The notes below the pieces were generated by a model. The model saw only the letters and a list, made by a program, of their open reading frames with translations. It ran no database searches and had not been told where the DNA came from. From contig NW_021831284.1 of assembly GCF_006345805.1 (NCBI RefSeq), positions 744,001-808,000 on the forward strand: a stretch of 64,000 bases of DNA, written 5' to 3'. Source of the DNA: Octopus sinensis. Taxonomy: Eukaryota. Of the stretch, positions 34,841 to 46,904 are shown in pieces (position 1 is the stretch's first letter; every line of letters begins with the position of its first letter). The position numbers and the translations under genes were made by a program.

Positions 34841-37800
34841 TTTTTTTTTAATTTATAAGTAAACGAAAAGAGTTAAAATGCGCAGCGGATCGACTGGCAA
34901 TTCCCGCGCATGATGGCCAATGAGATCCTTTGAAAGAGTCTGATCGACTCGTTGGGATCTTTCGTGGCAACCACGAGCTTAGATCCAAGGCGGCGGAGAA
35001 ACGATAGCGTCTGCGGGCCGATGACTCCAGAGGTTTCCACCGCGACTGCAGTGAATTGGTGATTCTTTGCCAGGACCCGGTACTTCTTCTGTTTTGTTAG
35101 TTCCGCCTGCTTTGCAACTGAGCCCGGTTCCGCAGCGGAGGCAATTAGATTCTTGGCGGAGAAAGTGTCGGAACAGGTGGCGTCCCAGATAAGGCATTTC
35201 CCCTTTTCAAACGGGAAGATTGACATGCCATCCGGGCGCTTACCGTCGCCTCTGTCGAGCCCGACTGGTTCGAGCTCATTAGGAAACCCCGCCGTCGTTA
35301 GGGCACGGCTCACGGTGTTGTTGATGGCGGCGTGTCGTGGGAAACGTCCGGCACTACGTGAGCAGGAGAGGGGATGATGGCCAAATGAGTCCACTCTTAA
35401 ACCGCAGCGGCACTGGTGTGTTCTGCAAATGGGAAGTCCGAGGCGGAGAGAGACGGAAATCCTTACACAGTCGTTGTCCATTAAGGTGCCGATTGACGCC
35501 ATAGGGATTGCTGTAAGCCATGCACCAGAATATGGTTGCGAGGCGGCCAATAAGCAAGCCAAGCAATGTTGATTGAGTTTCGGCTTGAGGCTGTTTATCT
35601 TGTGGTCGCAGAGGATCCGGTCCCATTGGCCTTGAGCGTGTGTATTCTCCGGGATTTCCAGAGACATCCCTTGCCAGCAACTTTCTGCGGCGACCGACTC
35701 TGTGTCCATAGATGATTCGGTTACGGATTGGAGAATCTCCTGGACCAGATCGTTGGTCGCATTAACTGAAGATAAGTACGCCGGGATAGAAAGGTCGACA
35801 GATGATCGGATACCAATACCGCCATGGCTTATAGCAGTGGTTCTCAACGGTGGGCGATTCGCCCCCTAGGGGCGATTTTTTTTGGTAGGTGGGCGATTTT
35901 TTCTGCCAGGGGGGCGATGGCTGATTGCTAATATTTGAAAAATTAAAATCTTATGTTAGAAGTTGATAATCTGTGAAAAAATAAAGATATATAATCGAGT
36001 CTAATAATATTTATTAATAATATGATATTTTTATTATATTTTATTTAAATTTCTAAGCGTGATTTCTAGTTATCTTTATGGGTCGTGTTCAAAAAAAGTC
36101 AGAATGTATAAAGATGAATATATTTCTCTTGGATTTATTAAAGATCCTCAAGATCCTAATAAACCACTTTGTCTTCAATGTGGTACAATTTTTTCGAATG
36201 AGGCAATGACACCGTCTCGTTTGATTGAACATTTAAAGCGAAAACATCATAATTCAATTGGAAAAAAGCCAGACTTTTTTCTAGAATTAAAAAAGAATTT
36301 TGAAAATAAAAACCCTTACCGTCAATCTTTAATAAAAATATATCTTAAATTGTCTCTGGATTATCTTATTCATATAAAGTTGCAGAGATAATCGCAAAAA
36401 CTGGTTGCATTATTATTTTAATTTATAGGTAATGCCCATTCGATTGCAGAAAATGTCATCCGTCCTTGTTTAAATTTATTTATAAACGATATCTTACAAA
36501 AAGATTCTTCAAATATTATGAAGACTATTCCATTAAGCAACGACACTATACAAAGAAGAATTGATGAAATTTCTAATGAAATTGAACAATCTTTAATTTT
36601 ATTTCTCAGAGAACGCAAGTTTTCAGTCCAACTTGACGAATCAGTTGTCGTTGATAATCAGTCAATTTTGATGGCATATGTAAGGTATTACTTTTTATAA
36701 ATACTTTTTATAAAGATATTTCGATGATGATTCTATTTTGCAAGAAGAGTTATTATTTGCAAAATCTTTAGTCACGGATACTACAGGATTGTCAATATTC
36801 AAAATGTTTGAATCTTATTTATTCTTAAATGATATTCCATTTGAACATATTTTATCGTGCGCAACTGATGGCGCAATGGCTATGGTTGGAAAATATCGTG
36901 GTTTTTTAGCTTTTCTAAAACACAAATCTCCAATGTCCACTTCAATTCATTGTATTTTACATCGGCATCATTTAATTGCAAAAAAATTATCTGAAGAATT
37001 GAATGCATCAATGTAAATTGTTATCAAAGTTATCAATAAAATTAAAAGAAACAGAGCAAGTACGATCGTATTTTTCGTGAATACTGCACTAATCAAAATG
37101 AAGATTATGTTAGGTTACTTTTACATATCGAAGTAAGATGGTTATCCAAGGGAAATTGTCTTGAAAGATTTGTGATATTATTTGATGCAATTGTTGATTT
37201 TTTAAGATTACAAGAAGAATTTAAATTGTTTAATTCCTGTAAAATTCATAAAAAAATATTTTTTATTTTTACTAATGAAATAAGGGGGCGATATAAAAAT
37301 TGGAGGGGCGAAAAAAATAAAGGTTGAGAACCACTGGCTTATAGGAAGGGTGGCCTTTTGCCAACCGATCTCATCAAGGGTAATATTGCAAATGGACTCC
37401 AAGCTGGATTTAAGCGAAAAATCAAATGATTCGAGAGCCCTCAGGTTAAAGAAACATGGGGCACTTCTGAGGATAAATAGAAGCTTTGGAATTGCAAAAC
37501 AATTGCGTAGGAAAAACAGGCCGGAATGGGAATCGATTTTTGCTAGTTTGTTAGAAATTGCCACTAGCGAGGATGTTTTAGCATGTAGGGATGATTCAAC
37601 ACCCAGATTAGATATAGGAGACCCTAAGATTTTCAAATTTTCGATCAAGGTCCTGCGGATATTTGGAAGGACATTCGAGAACGTATTAAATACAGAGGTA
37701 AAATCTTCTGGGGTAAAGCCAATATTGGCAATTTCGGATTTGAGCGGATTGATGGATAGGCCAAGAGAATTAAGGGAGGGGATCAGATTTTCCAAATCTT

Positions 37801-39488
37801 TAAGGACAGAAGCTACCGGACCTCCGATAGTAGCGTCGTCAGGTACCATACATTGAAACGAGATGAGATGTTCCGAACAACAGGATCGATCGTCAGGGCA
37901 AAAAGCAACGGGCCAAGTGAATCGCCCTGTTAAACACCGTTGCTGGGATTTGGTCATCGGCAATAAGAAGGCTTGGCTTGGAGTAAGCCATAGATACCAA
38001 GCGGGCAATTGAGGGAGCACGCCGGTAGCAAGTTTCGAGAATACAGTCCCGACGAAGACTGTTGAAGGCATTTGTCAAGTCTAGCTTCACGAGTACAGAG
38101 GCGTTATCCGGCCTTTCGGTTGAGGCGGAAATAAACTTTCTTGCAGCATGGACAGCAGCTTCACAGCCGCCGCGGACACCGACGCCCAACTGAAACGGGC
38201 GTAGTTCCTGACCCAAAGACTTGGTAACTTGTCTACAGGCTACTTTGGAAGCTAGGCGGCGAAAAAATGTACCAACAGCAATAGGGCGGATCCCGCCTTC
38301 CTTCTTCCTCAATGCGGTGATGTTTGCAGGAAATAGAAGGTCCCGAGCGTACTGATCATGTTTGTCAGAGCAGTTATGGAGACGAGGAGCCGAGCGCCAG
38401 CCTCGCAAGTGTGGCTTGAGAGTAGTTTTTTCACATGCCCTGGGCGTAGTCCGTCGATGCCCCCGCAGCTGCCTGTTGCAAGGGAATTAATAGCATCTAG
38501 AACATCTTCTTGGGGGCATAGGTTGCGGGGTAATCGGAATTTAAAGTAGTAAAGCGAAGGTCCGCGGGGGGACTCGGATGTTTTGCATTAAGCTCAGCGA
38601 GGACACTTGGTGTAATGGAAAGAACTGAGTCATCAGATGATAAAACACGGACAGCGCTTGCAACATTTCCCTCCATCAGTTTAGTGTTGATCCTGTTCCG
38701 CAGGCGCAAAATGTCTTGGGCTTCTGGGTCTACGTTGCTACTTTGACTGGATTTTTTGACTTTATGCGTTGACTGGGGCTTTGTTTCGCCCAGCCAGGCA
38801 GAAAAGTCATCATCAGGGCGATTTAGGTAGGCTGAGATGTTATGCTTAGAACGGTTAGAAATCGATTTTGGTGGGGAGTCCTCTCTGCGGAGGCCGAGAG
38901 CCATGACGCCAAAGCAGAAAAGATGATTCCAGGAGGCTGGGTCATTGGAAGTAATGGCTTTGTCGATGACTATTGATAAAGAGTCTGCGGCAAGGATACG
39001 TGCGGCCTTCGGGATTTTGATAGGGATCGAGCGGCTTCTCTTGGCTTGTGCGACCGCCAAGAGGAAATCTTTTACCGAGGGGGAAGAAATGATGGGCTGA
39101 GAGTGTGAATCTTTGGATGAGAATACCGGATGCGGGCTCAAGTTTAATTGGGTAAGGCAAGAGTGGCAACTCCACTTCGACAGAGAAGCGGCGGCCAATT
39201 TAGGTATTCCGGCACAGGATTGATGGAAAAAAAGGTCACAGGAGGAGCAATGACAGCCGTTCTTCCTGGGGTTGTTAAGCATGCACGAAGTGCAGCAAAG
39301 CGACTTTTTAGAGAAACAGAGAGCATGAGGAAAAAAAAGAAAAGTAGATTGAAACAATGACAAAGGATTAGGACAATAGAATGGAACAATAGAAAGTACG
39401 AATTGAAATAATTTGAAAAATAAATTGGAATTACAAATAAATTGAAAAAAATTACACCACAACATTTAAACGTGAATTTAAAATCACG
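34841..39488 (-). mobile_element. Near full-length CRE retrotransposon (family B): PHD-RT-RLE, interrupted by hAT
   Basis: PHD, RT ('NAFN', 'QGDPLGP', 'WYLDD'), zinc knuckle and RLE; poly(A) tail; 10-11-bp TSD CACGTACAAT at 34831 and 39489; inserted into the LINE ORF1 start. Confidence 0.92.
35835..37336 (+). mobile_element. hAT/Buster deletion derivative nested in CRE-B (unit 1)
   Basis: TIR CAGTGGTTCTCAAC at both ends; perfect 8-bp TSD GCTTATAG; splits 'ATLPIS|HGGIGIR'; transposase 'FSVQLDES', 'ATDGAMAM', 'HCILHRHHL', 'EVRWLSKG'. Confidence 0.96.
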
Positions 39489-39815
39489 CACGTACAATTA
39501 TCGACGTACAATTATCGACACTTTCGAATTTTCTTGTTTGAAATTAACATTAATTTTGCTATTTGCACAACCAGAAACGAAATGCACCATGCTTCAATGG
39601 GACGCGTTTTGTATATCAAATTTAAGGCATATATACTGTCATTTGGTAGAAAATCAAACTGATAAAAAATGGCTTACTAGTGGTATTCGAAAATTTTTTC
39701 ATAAAAGGAATTTAGTTTTAATAATTAGTTATGGATTTCTAAGTTGTTGTCCAATAAAAGCTTAAAATTCATTTAAAACGAATAAATTATTCCGATACCG
39801 ATAAAATTAACCAAA

Positions 39816-42800
39816 TCAAATATTTTATGGCGCTGTAAGGCACATCTTCATATTCCGTAATAAACATCTGAATATGTCTATCTAGTCACACCTTCAACTG
39901 ACGCACTGATATTCTCAAATCCGAATCGTTAAAGCCATACGGGTTGTTCCAGCCTAAAGAACCAAATTTCTTACGCTCCTGAATCAAAGCATGAAAGAAG
40001 CACAACGAATACATAAGTTTCCACCATTTCTAAAATAAGAAAACATTCAAATACGTGCTTCTTATTTTCGTGAATTTTACCAAAAAATTCAGGCTCGGAA
40101 ATTGGATCATTAGTGTAGGATTTTAAGAGATTCTGTCGCAGCCCAGTTGGAGGCTCGTTGGTCATCTTGGCTCCATTTTGAAGTATAGAACAGGAAACTA
40201 AACTTATGCCATGTCATCATAAATACATTATTTGAAGGATACTTGTCAACCAAAGCCGAAATGAAGTGTGCGACTTGGAAGTCGATAATTATCGCATATT
40301 TTCTCCAAAGACTTCATCCAGGAAGTAGCGAGATGACAGTTTTGGAGACAAACCCAATATCCGTTCTCTCGGGCTTCGTTAATTGCTTTCAAGGCAACAG
40401 GCCCTTGTCCTTGCCCGAGGGAGACGACCTGCATTCTTTTTCCGTTGAAGCCGTTATCATCCGCAAATTTGAGCAAGGCATTCATGGGATCGGCTCCAGG
40501 GGAGAGCACAAAAATCAATTGAGTTTCGTTTGAAGAATCCAAAAAACTCTTTTGGAGATCAAACGGCGGCGGGTTTGTGAACTTAGTCCCCATGTTTTCA
40601 GATACGTAGGAAACAATTGCAGGAATATCTATAAATTACAAATCAATTAAAACCTTATCCTGTCTTAAACACCTCAAAATAGTCATTTTGTCAAAAGAGC
40701 TGAGTTTATTCCATGGATACGGGTAGTCTATCTTTACAGGGTCTTGATGCACGTCTCTCCAAAGATTCTCGGATTCAACCACCGATTTTCTAATGCGGCG
40801 TCTACTTTACGTATTACTTTAAGTCTGTAAATGGTTCCAACTGACTTAGCCGACAATTTCGTCCCATGATTTGTCTGATAGCCACGAGGAAAGTGGATTG
40901 GACTCGGTGTTTTCCAATCCCACGCCGCCAGTGAGCATAAATAAACATTTTCTGAATTAATAATTTTTTAGCACTGAATTTAGAATTTTATTTTACGTTT
41001 GAATGCCGAGGCAGAGATGAACGAAAACAACAACTTGTCCTTCTCAAACAAAGAGCGACATACATTTGAATCAAGTTGTATGTACAGTACCGCTCAAATG
41101 TTTCGGACCACCCTATTTTTCTCAATTTCCAAGTCAATCCTAAATTATTTTTATACGGTTCTTTAGAGAAACTTATTAGATAAGCTTAAACACATTTATT
41201 CTATTTTAAAAACTTGGACAGATATTCATGTTTGGCGCAATTTTAAAATTATCGATTTTATACTCGATCATATGTTCCGGACCAGTTTAAAAAAAACCGA
41301 AAATTTATTAAACTTATAAAAAGTTAATAATTAATATTTCCTCCGTTGTTCGTTATAACAGCATTTATTCGCTCTGGAAGTGAATTGTATAATTTTTCAA
41401 TGTACGAATTATCAATCTCGTACCAAATTTTTTTGGTCAAATTCCAGAGCTCTGGAAGATCTTTTGGTTCCAGATCATAAAGTTTTTGTTTTAGTACCGA
41501 CCATATTTTCAATAATATTCAGTTCGGGTGACTGGCTCGGCCAAGTTTCTAAGATTTTTATTTGTTTCCTTTGAAAAAATTCATTGTCGACATGGACCGA
41601 TGGGAAGGAGCGCCGTCTTGCTGGAGATACATGGTCTCATCATAAAAATTTTCGAGTCCAACATTTATAATTCTCTGATACTCTGCGGAATCAACATTTT
41701 TAATGCATAAGACAATGTTTCTCCATCCATTTGCAGCAATAGCTCCCCAGACCATAATGCTAGGAGAAAATTTTCGTGTTTTTAACAATATTTTGAGTCA
41801 AATCTAGAGTTTGGTGGCCTTCTAACATAATTTTTTGTGTTTGAATGCAAATTTATTTTGCATTCATCACTAAAAATAATTTTACCCCAATCATTTTGGC
41901 TCCAAGTTAATTTCTCAATGCACCAATTTTTTCTAGCCTTTTTGGCATATGGAAAGACTTGGTTTTGGGCATTGCTTTCGCCCATTCAATTATTTCTTTG
42001 TAGGCATCTTTTAATTGTATTTGTGCTTACAATAGAATTTAATTTCATATCAAATTTAATTTGATTTGCCGTTTTTGTGGGGTCTGCTTTCGAAATTCTC
42101 ACTAATTTGCGTTCAGATCTTGGGGATAACAATCTCGGTCGACCAGATTTGGGTCTGTCGGAATATAGTCCAACGGATGAATATCTGGAAATTGTTCTTT
42201 GAACAGCAGTTTTGGATATTTTTAATTTTTCGGCAATTTCTCTTTGTGAAGCTCCATCTTTAAAAAAGTGATGATAGCGACCCGATCAACCAGTGAAACA
42301 CGCGGCATTTGTTATTTATTAGTCTTTTGTTTTTAATTGAATCAAAAATTATTTAAATTTAAAGAGATTTAACTGGTTCGAAACATATGATTGCAACTGG
42401 TCCGGAACATATGATCGAGTCAAAAATCAATTATATTCAATTGGCGCCAAACAAAAATATTTAAAGAAAATTTTAGAATAGAATAAATGTATTTAAGCTT
42501 ATCTAATAAGTTTCTCTAAAGAACCGTATAAAAATAATTTAGGATTGACTTGGAAATTGAGAAAAATAGGGTGGTCCGAAACATTTGAGCGGTACTGTAA
42601 AGTAATCGGAAAGATATCGAATTCGCTTCTCAACTTGTTTAGATTTATTGCTAATAAGAATTGTGCAAAAAACATAACTACCTGTCTTGGATAGACGTCA
42701 TAAATAAGTTGATAAACCACGCGAGAGAGTACTGGTACATTGGGTCAATATTGGAAAGGTCAGAAATTGAGAAATACAACACTGAAGAATGATTGGCAAC

Positions 42801-43774
42801 CATTTGATAGCAAAGTCTTGTTTCGTTGATTCGTTTTTGAGTCTCTTCTGCAACCTTAGAAAATATTTCAAAATAGAAAGACCTTCTGTTTCTTGGAAAT
42901 TTCATTTGAAAGTTGCTTTGAAGAGTCTAAAATTTCGATCGCGGTCTCGTCTTCCAAAATGTTTCCTTCAGAGTTTTCCAATGTGTAAAGTATCTTATCT
43001 TCGATTTCCTTGAGCTTTTTTCCATTTTGAGCAGTTGTTATAATTAAATTTTGTCTTTCTTTTTCCAGTTCTGGTCTAAAAAAGTTGCCCATAAAAAGAC
43101 CTCTCTTTAGCCACCACAATTCCGAGTAGCTGATCTTCCAGCCCATCCGGTGTGATCATAAAATTTATTATTGAGACCTTCGTGGCAATCTCTGGAAGAT
43201 AGTGAGGGTTCCGAAGTTTTGTTGTGATATAAAGTCTAAAATCTTTGCTGTATTCAATCACGGAATCTCCCAAACTAATCATTTCGACTCCTCCTGTTTA
43301 TATATCAGTAATGTTGTGATTCAACCAGATTTAAAGATTTGTTTTAAAAGTATTGGCTCGAGCGATGTTTCGAGCTCTTCCCCCACATTCTCAATGCGGA
43401 CAGGGTTCCCAAACTGGATAGAGTTTTCTACAGTTCGCATGTAGTCACTATCAGTTAATTTCACAACAGCCAGTGAGTTATTTTTCTCCATATTCTTAAT
43501 CCAGCTATTCGACTGGTTATGTGGATCTATCATCAACGGCCTAAAAAGTATTTTGGAAATTCATCACCATCTCTGCCCGTTGGCCACGATAATTCCATTG
43601 TCGGTCGAAAATTGGTCACGTGGAAGACCGTTAATATTCCAAGATTGTATTTTAATTGGTTCCCCAATGTTTCCGACAACGAAAATCGGTACGAGCATGG
43701 AATTTCCAAGTCTTTGCACAATTCGGTTCATTCACTCGTGCATTTATCTCGATATAAATAAGTAAACGGGCCCA
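39816..43774 (-). pseudogene. DNAH12: DNAH12-like fragment, unit 2 copy, interrupted by Tc1
   Basis: Near-identical to 23968-27766; truncated at both ends; Tc1 inserted in the exon encoding 'DYFTYNLY'. Confidence 0.88.
41085..42597 (-). mobile_element. Tc1-family DNA transposon (unit 2 only)
   Basis: TIR CAGTACCGCTCAAATGTTTCGGACCACC extends about 200 bp; TA TSD; 'IFSDECK', 'MVWG', 'QQDGAPSH', 'WPSQSPELNIIEN'; empty site at about 25236. Confidence 0.96.
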
Positions 43775-45541
43775 GTCGGGTTCCCCCGAGAAAGGTGACG
43801 TCATCCATTGGGGTAACGTTCGCGCCAGGCAGGGTTGCTCTAAGGCGGGGCACAGCGGATTGGAAGTCGGCCTCCGAACACGAGACATTATGATCTCGGT
43901 CTTCTTTGCGTTGACCGAGAGGCCGAGGGTAGCCAGTGCTGGTGCGATGTGTTCGACATCCCAAATACCCTGGTCAGCATGGCCACCCATATGGCATCAT
44001 CAAGATACCACAGATTGAATGGAGAGACAGCAAGTCGAGCTGCCTCATCGATTGTCATCGCGAAGAGGAGTGGCCCTAGCGGATCACCCTGTTGCACGCC
44101 GGTCTCCGAACGGATGATCTCATTCCCGTATACAAGACTGCTCTCTGAGCCGTAGGCAAGCGAGACAAGATGGATTATTTCTGGTGCTCTTCGAGAGCAT
44201 GTTTCCAAAATAGCATCCCGGCGCACGGTGTTGAAAGCGTTGGTGATATCAAGCTTCACAACGATAAAATCGGTAGTAACTCGTTGGCCCATGTAGAAGA
44301 AACCCCTGGTGGCATGAACAGCTCCTTCGCAGCCGCCACGCACACCAACTTGCGTAGGCGAAAGCTCGGCCCCGATTCTCGTTGCAACCCTTCTGGCAGC
44401 GACTTTGCCGCAAAGCCTTCTGAAGTAGTTGCCAATCGCTATTGGGCGGACACCTCCGTCCGGTTTTTGAAAAGCGTGAAGGTGGCCAGCGAAAAAGAGA
44501 TTCCTCGCGAAGAGGGGGATCCTTCCGTCGATGATCCTTCCGACCAGTTTCGTGATTGAACACAAGAGCCGAGAGCCGGATTCCCCAGTGATCGCAGAAG
44601 TCATGTCCTTGATATCAATTCCCCCGCTGCTGCTCGCTCCGAAAGATCTGATTCCCGACAGAACTTCTTCCTCAGTGATGATCATCAGTGTGGGGTTTCG
44701 GGGGGGAGTCCAAGGCCTTAGGTCTTCAGGGGCCGGCGGATGCTTTGACCTCAGCAGAGTTGATGTTCTGGACGTACACTCGGCAACAGAGTGCCCGGAG
44801 CACAAGACACGGAGGGCAGCTCTCACGTCTCCTTCGAGGAGCTTTCGATTCACCCGATCGATCATCCTGGCGTCCTGTCCGATGCCATTTTCGGATAAGC
44901 CGGACTTCCTCTGAGAAGAGGGAAGGGTAGGACAAGATTGTCGCATTCCTCGCCGAAAGAAACTGCCCGAGACTTAATTGCGGACGAGATTCCCTTGCCG
45001 GGATTGGTCGGCTCGTGCTTGTTTCCAAGGACGAGAGGTGCAAACAGGAAGATACGGAACCACGGGAGGTCTTCTTCGAAACTGAGTGCTTCTGAGATAA
45101 TTTGTTCGAGGCAGGAAGCGGTCATTGTTTGGGGATACGGAGAGGGATGTCTCTTGTGCCACGAAGCGAGGACAGGGACAGAATAAATTCCTCAGTCGAG
45201 AGATTGTGGCGGGTAGTAGTACGAGAGGGTCCCCGATTTGGCCCAGCGCCCTTTGAGTTGAAGAGGCAGCGGGCACAGTGCCATGCGCCCAAGGCACTTG
45301 CAGTCGCCTTAGACAAAGAAACACAGCTCAGGTGGAAATGGGCATCGCAGAGGGCGCAGTGGATTCCCCGTTTGCGGGGGTTTGACACGAGGCACGACTG
45401 ACATACTGTCGGGGAGCGAGTGAACTGTTCAGGTTTTTTCATAGTTCGATTTTCTTCAGAGTTCGTCATATATTTCACACAGATCGAGTAGCGTTTAAAA
45501 ACAACAACAACGACAACAATGCACGTCAATATTCATTTGAA
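43775..45541 (-). mobile_element. CRE family C, unit 2 copy
   Basis: Duplicate of 28305-30061; PHD intact in ORF 45122-45529. Confidence 0.88.
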
Positions 45542-45569
45542 TTTGGAATTGTATTATTTTTAGTAAATT

Positions 45570-46895
45570 AATTTTTTTGGAGTGACTTTATTTTCCTGTT
45601 ATGCCCCCAAGTTGTACCAGATTGTTGATTAATGAGAAGATCAGAATTTTTACATTTTATAATAATAATTTGAATCTACCTGCAATCATAAGACTTTTTA
45701 CAACGTCTAATAATAATAGAGGCACGTCCGCAAGATCGCAACTTAATGTGAAATCTCGCTCTGGCCAGCCACATAAGATCAAGATAGAAAGAGAGAACAT
45801 GTTATTAGGAACTAACTAATCCAAACGAACGAATCCAAACGAGCTGTCCCCCGCATCTATTTTTCTCTCGTGCTGTGGCTGATGTAGACATCCGGTTCCG
45901 CAGTGAAATCACTGATGACGGCGTCACTCGTCAATCCTGGGTGCATGTAATGCATGGAACCTTCAGCCGGAATGATAGCAGTGAGATTCGAACCCAGAGC
46001 TTCGCTAAACTGCCAAATTCTTCAAGCACTGCACCACCCGGCCTAAAAAGAATATTCCTTGAAGAGCTATTAACTATTTTAAGAAAAATAACACCTTTGG
46101 GGAATTTATTGGAGTTTCCCAATCTAATAAAACTAGAGTTTTCGTCTTAAAATATGTCTCAATCGACAAAATGACATCAGGATAGATTGACTTAATAAGC
46201 GGCGCATTGCTACATGACAATTATTGAAAGTTCAAAGGATTTCGGAAATGGAGGGACTATCTAGTTTTAAAGCAAGTGCGGGTTATTTTGTTTTTTGTTT
46301 CATTTTAAGGCTTTTTAGAAAAATTTAAAAAACCTGAATGGTCTAAAATTAAGAAAACTGCACGGTGAAATTTCATCATGTAATGAACTGAATGAAAAAT
46401 GTATTAATGATTTTCTTTCTTTGATGAAAGATAAAATCTTAAAATACTGAATTGAAAATGTATACAACGCTGATGAAACATGAATTTTTTACAAAACATT
46501 TCATTCAAAAAGTGTATGCACAAAGCCAAAAAAGGTTTCAAAATGTCAAAAGACCGGTTTTCAATTCATACATCTGAAAATTTCTGAACAGTTCCTCGCT
46601 ATGAGCTATTGATGAAAATTTAGTTGAGACCAGCAAAAATGAAAATGTGAATATTTTAGATTCTTTTCGCGCATTGGATACCTTAAGAAACTATTTTAAA
46701 CTGAATGTGACAAACATGGAAACTTTAAACATGTTGCAAAATATTGGTCAAAAGCTAGAACAATCCAGATTTAAAACTAAAATCACTGATTTTTCGAAAT
46801 AAAAAAATTTTCATGTCTTTATACAAAAATAATTAAAAACTCGATAAAAACCCTCTCTAATCCGTCACATTTCGGTCAAGAACCAAAAATGGTCA
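45570..46895 (+). mobile_element. Tigger remnant, unit 2 copy, carrying a SINE
   Basis: Duplicate of 30090-31090 plus a ~336-bp insertion. Confidence 0.75.
45708..46043 (-). mobile_element. tRNA-derived SINE (unit 2 only)
   Basis: The 5' end GGCCGGGTGGTGCAGTGC (A box)...GGGTTCGAATC (B box) is followed by a ~250-nt body and a (TAT)n tail; absent at about 30238. Confidence 0.82.
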
Positions 46896-46904
46896 AGAAA
46901 GAAT

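Larger units (their letters stand above)
23968..39815. repeat. ~15.8-kb tandem segmental duplication, unit 1
   Basis: Colinear with 39816-55645 at an offset of about 15.8 kb (e.g. 34873/50695, 31153/46959, 24119/39971). Confidence 0.93.

Noticed and set aside
45980-46043. Functional tRNA gene
   Set aside because: A/B boxes are present but there is no convincing cloverleaf; it continues into a SINE body and is a polymorphic insertion.
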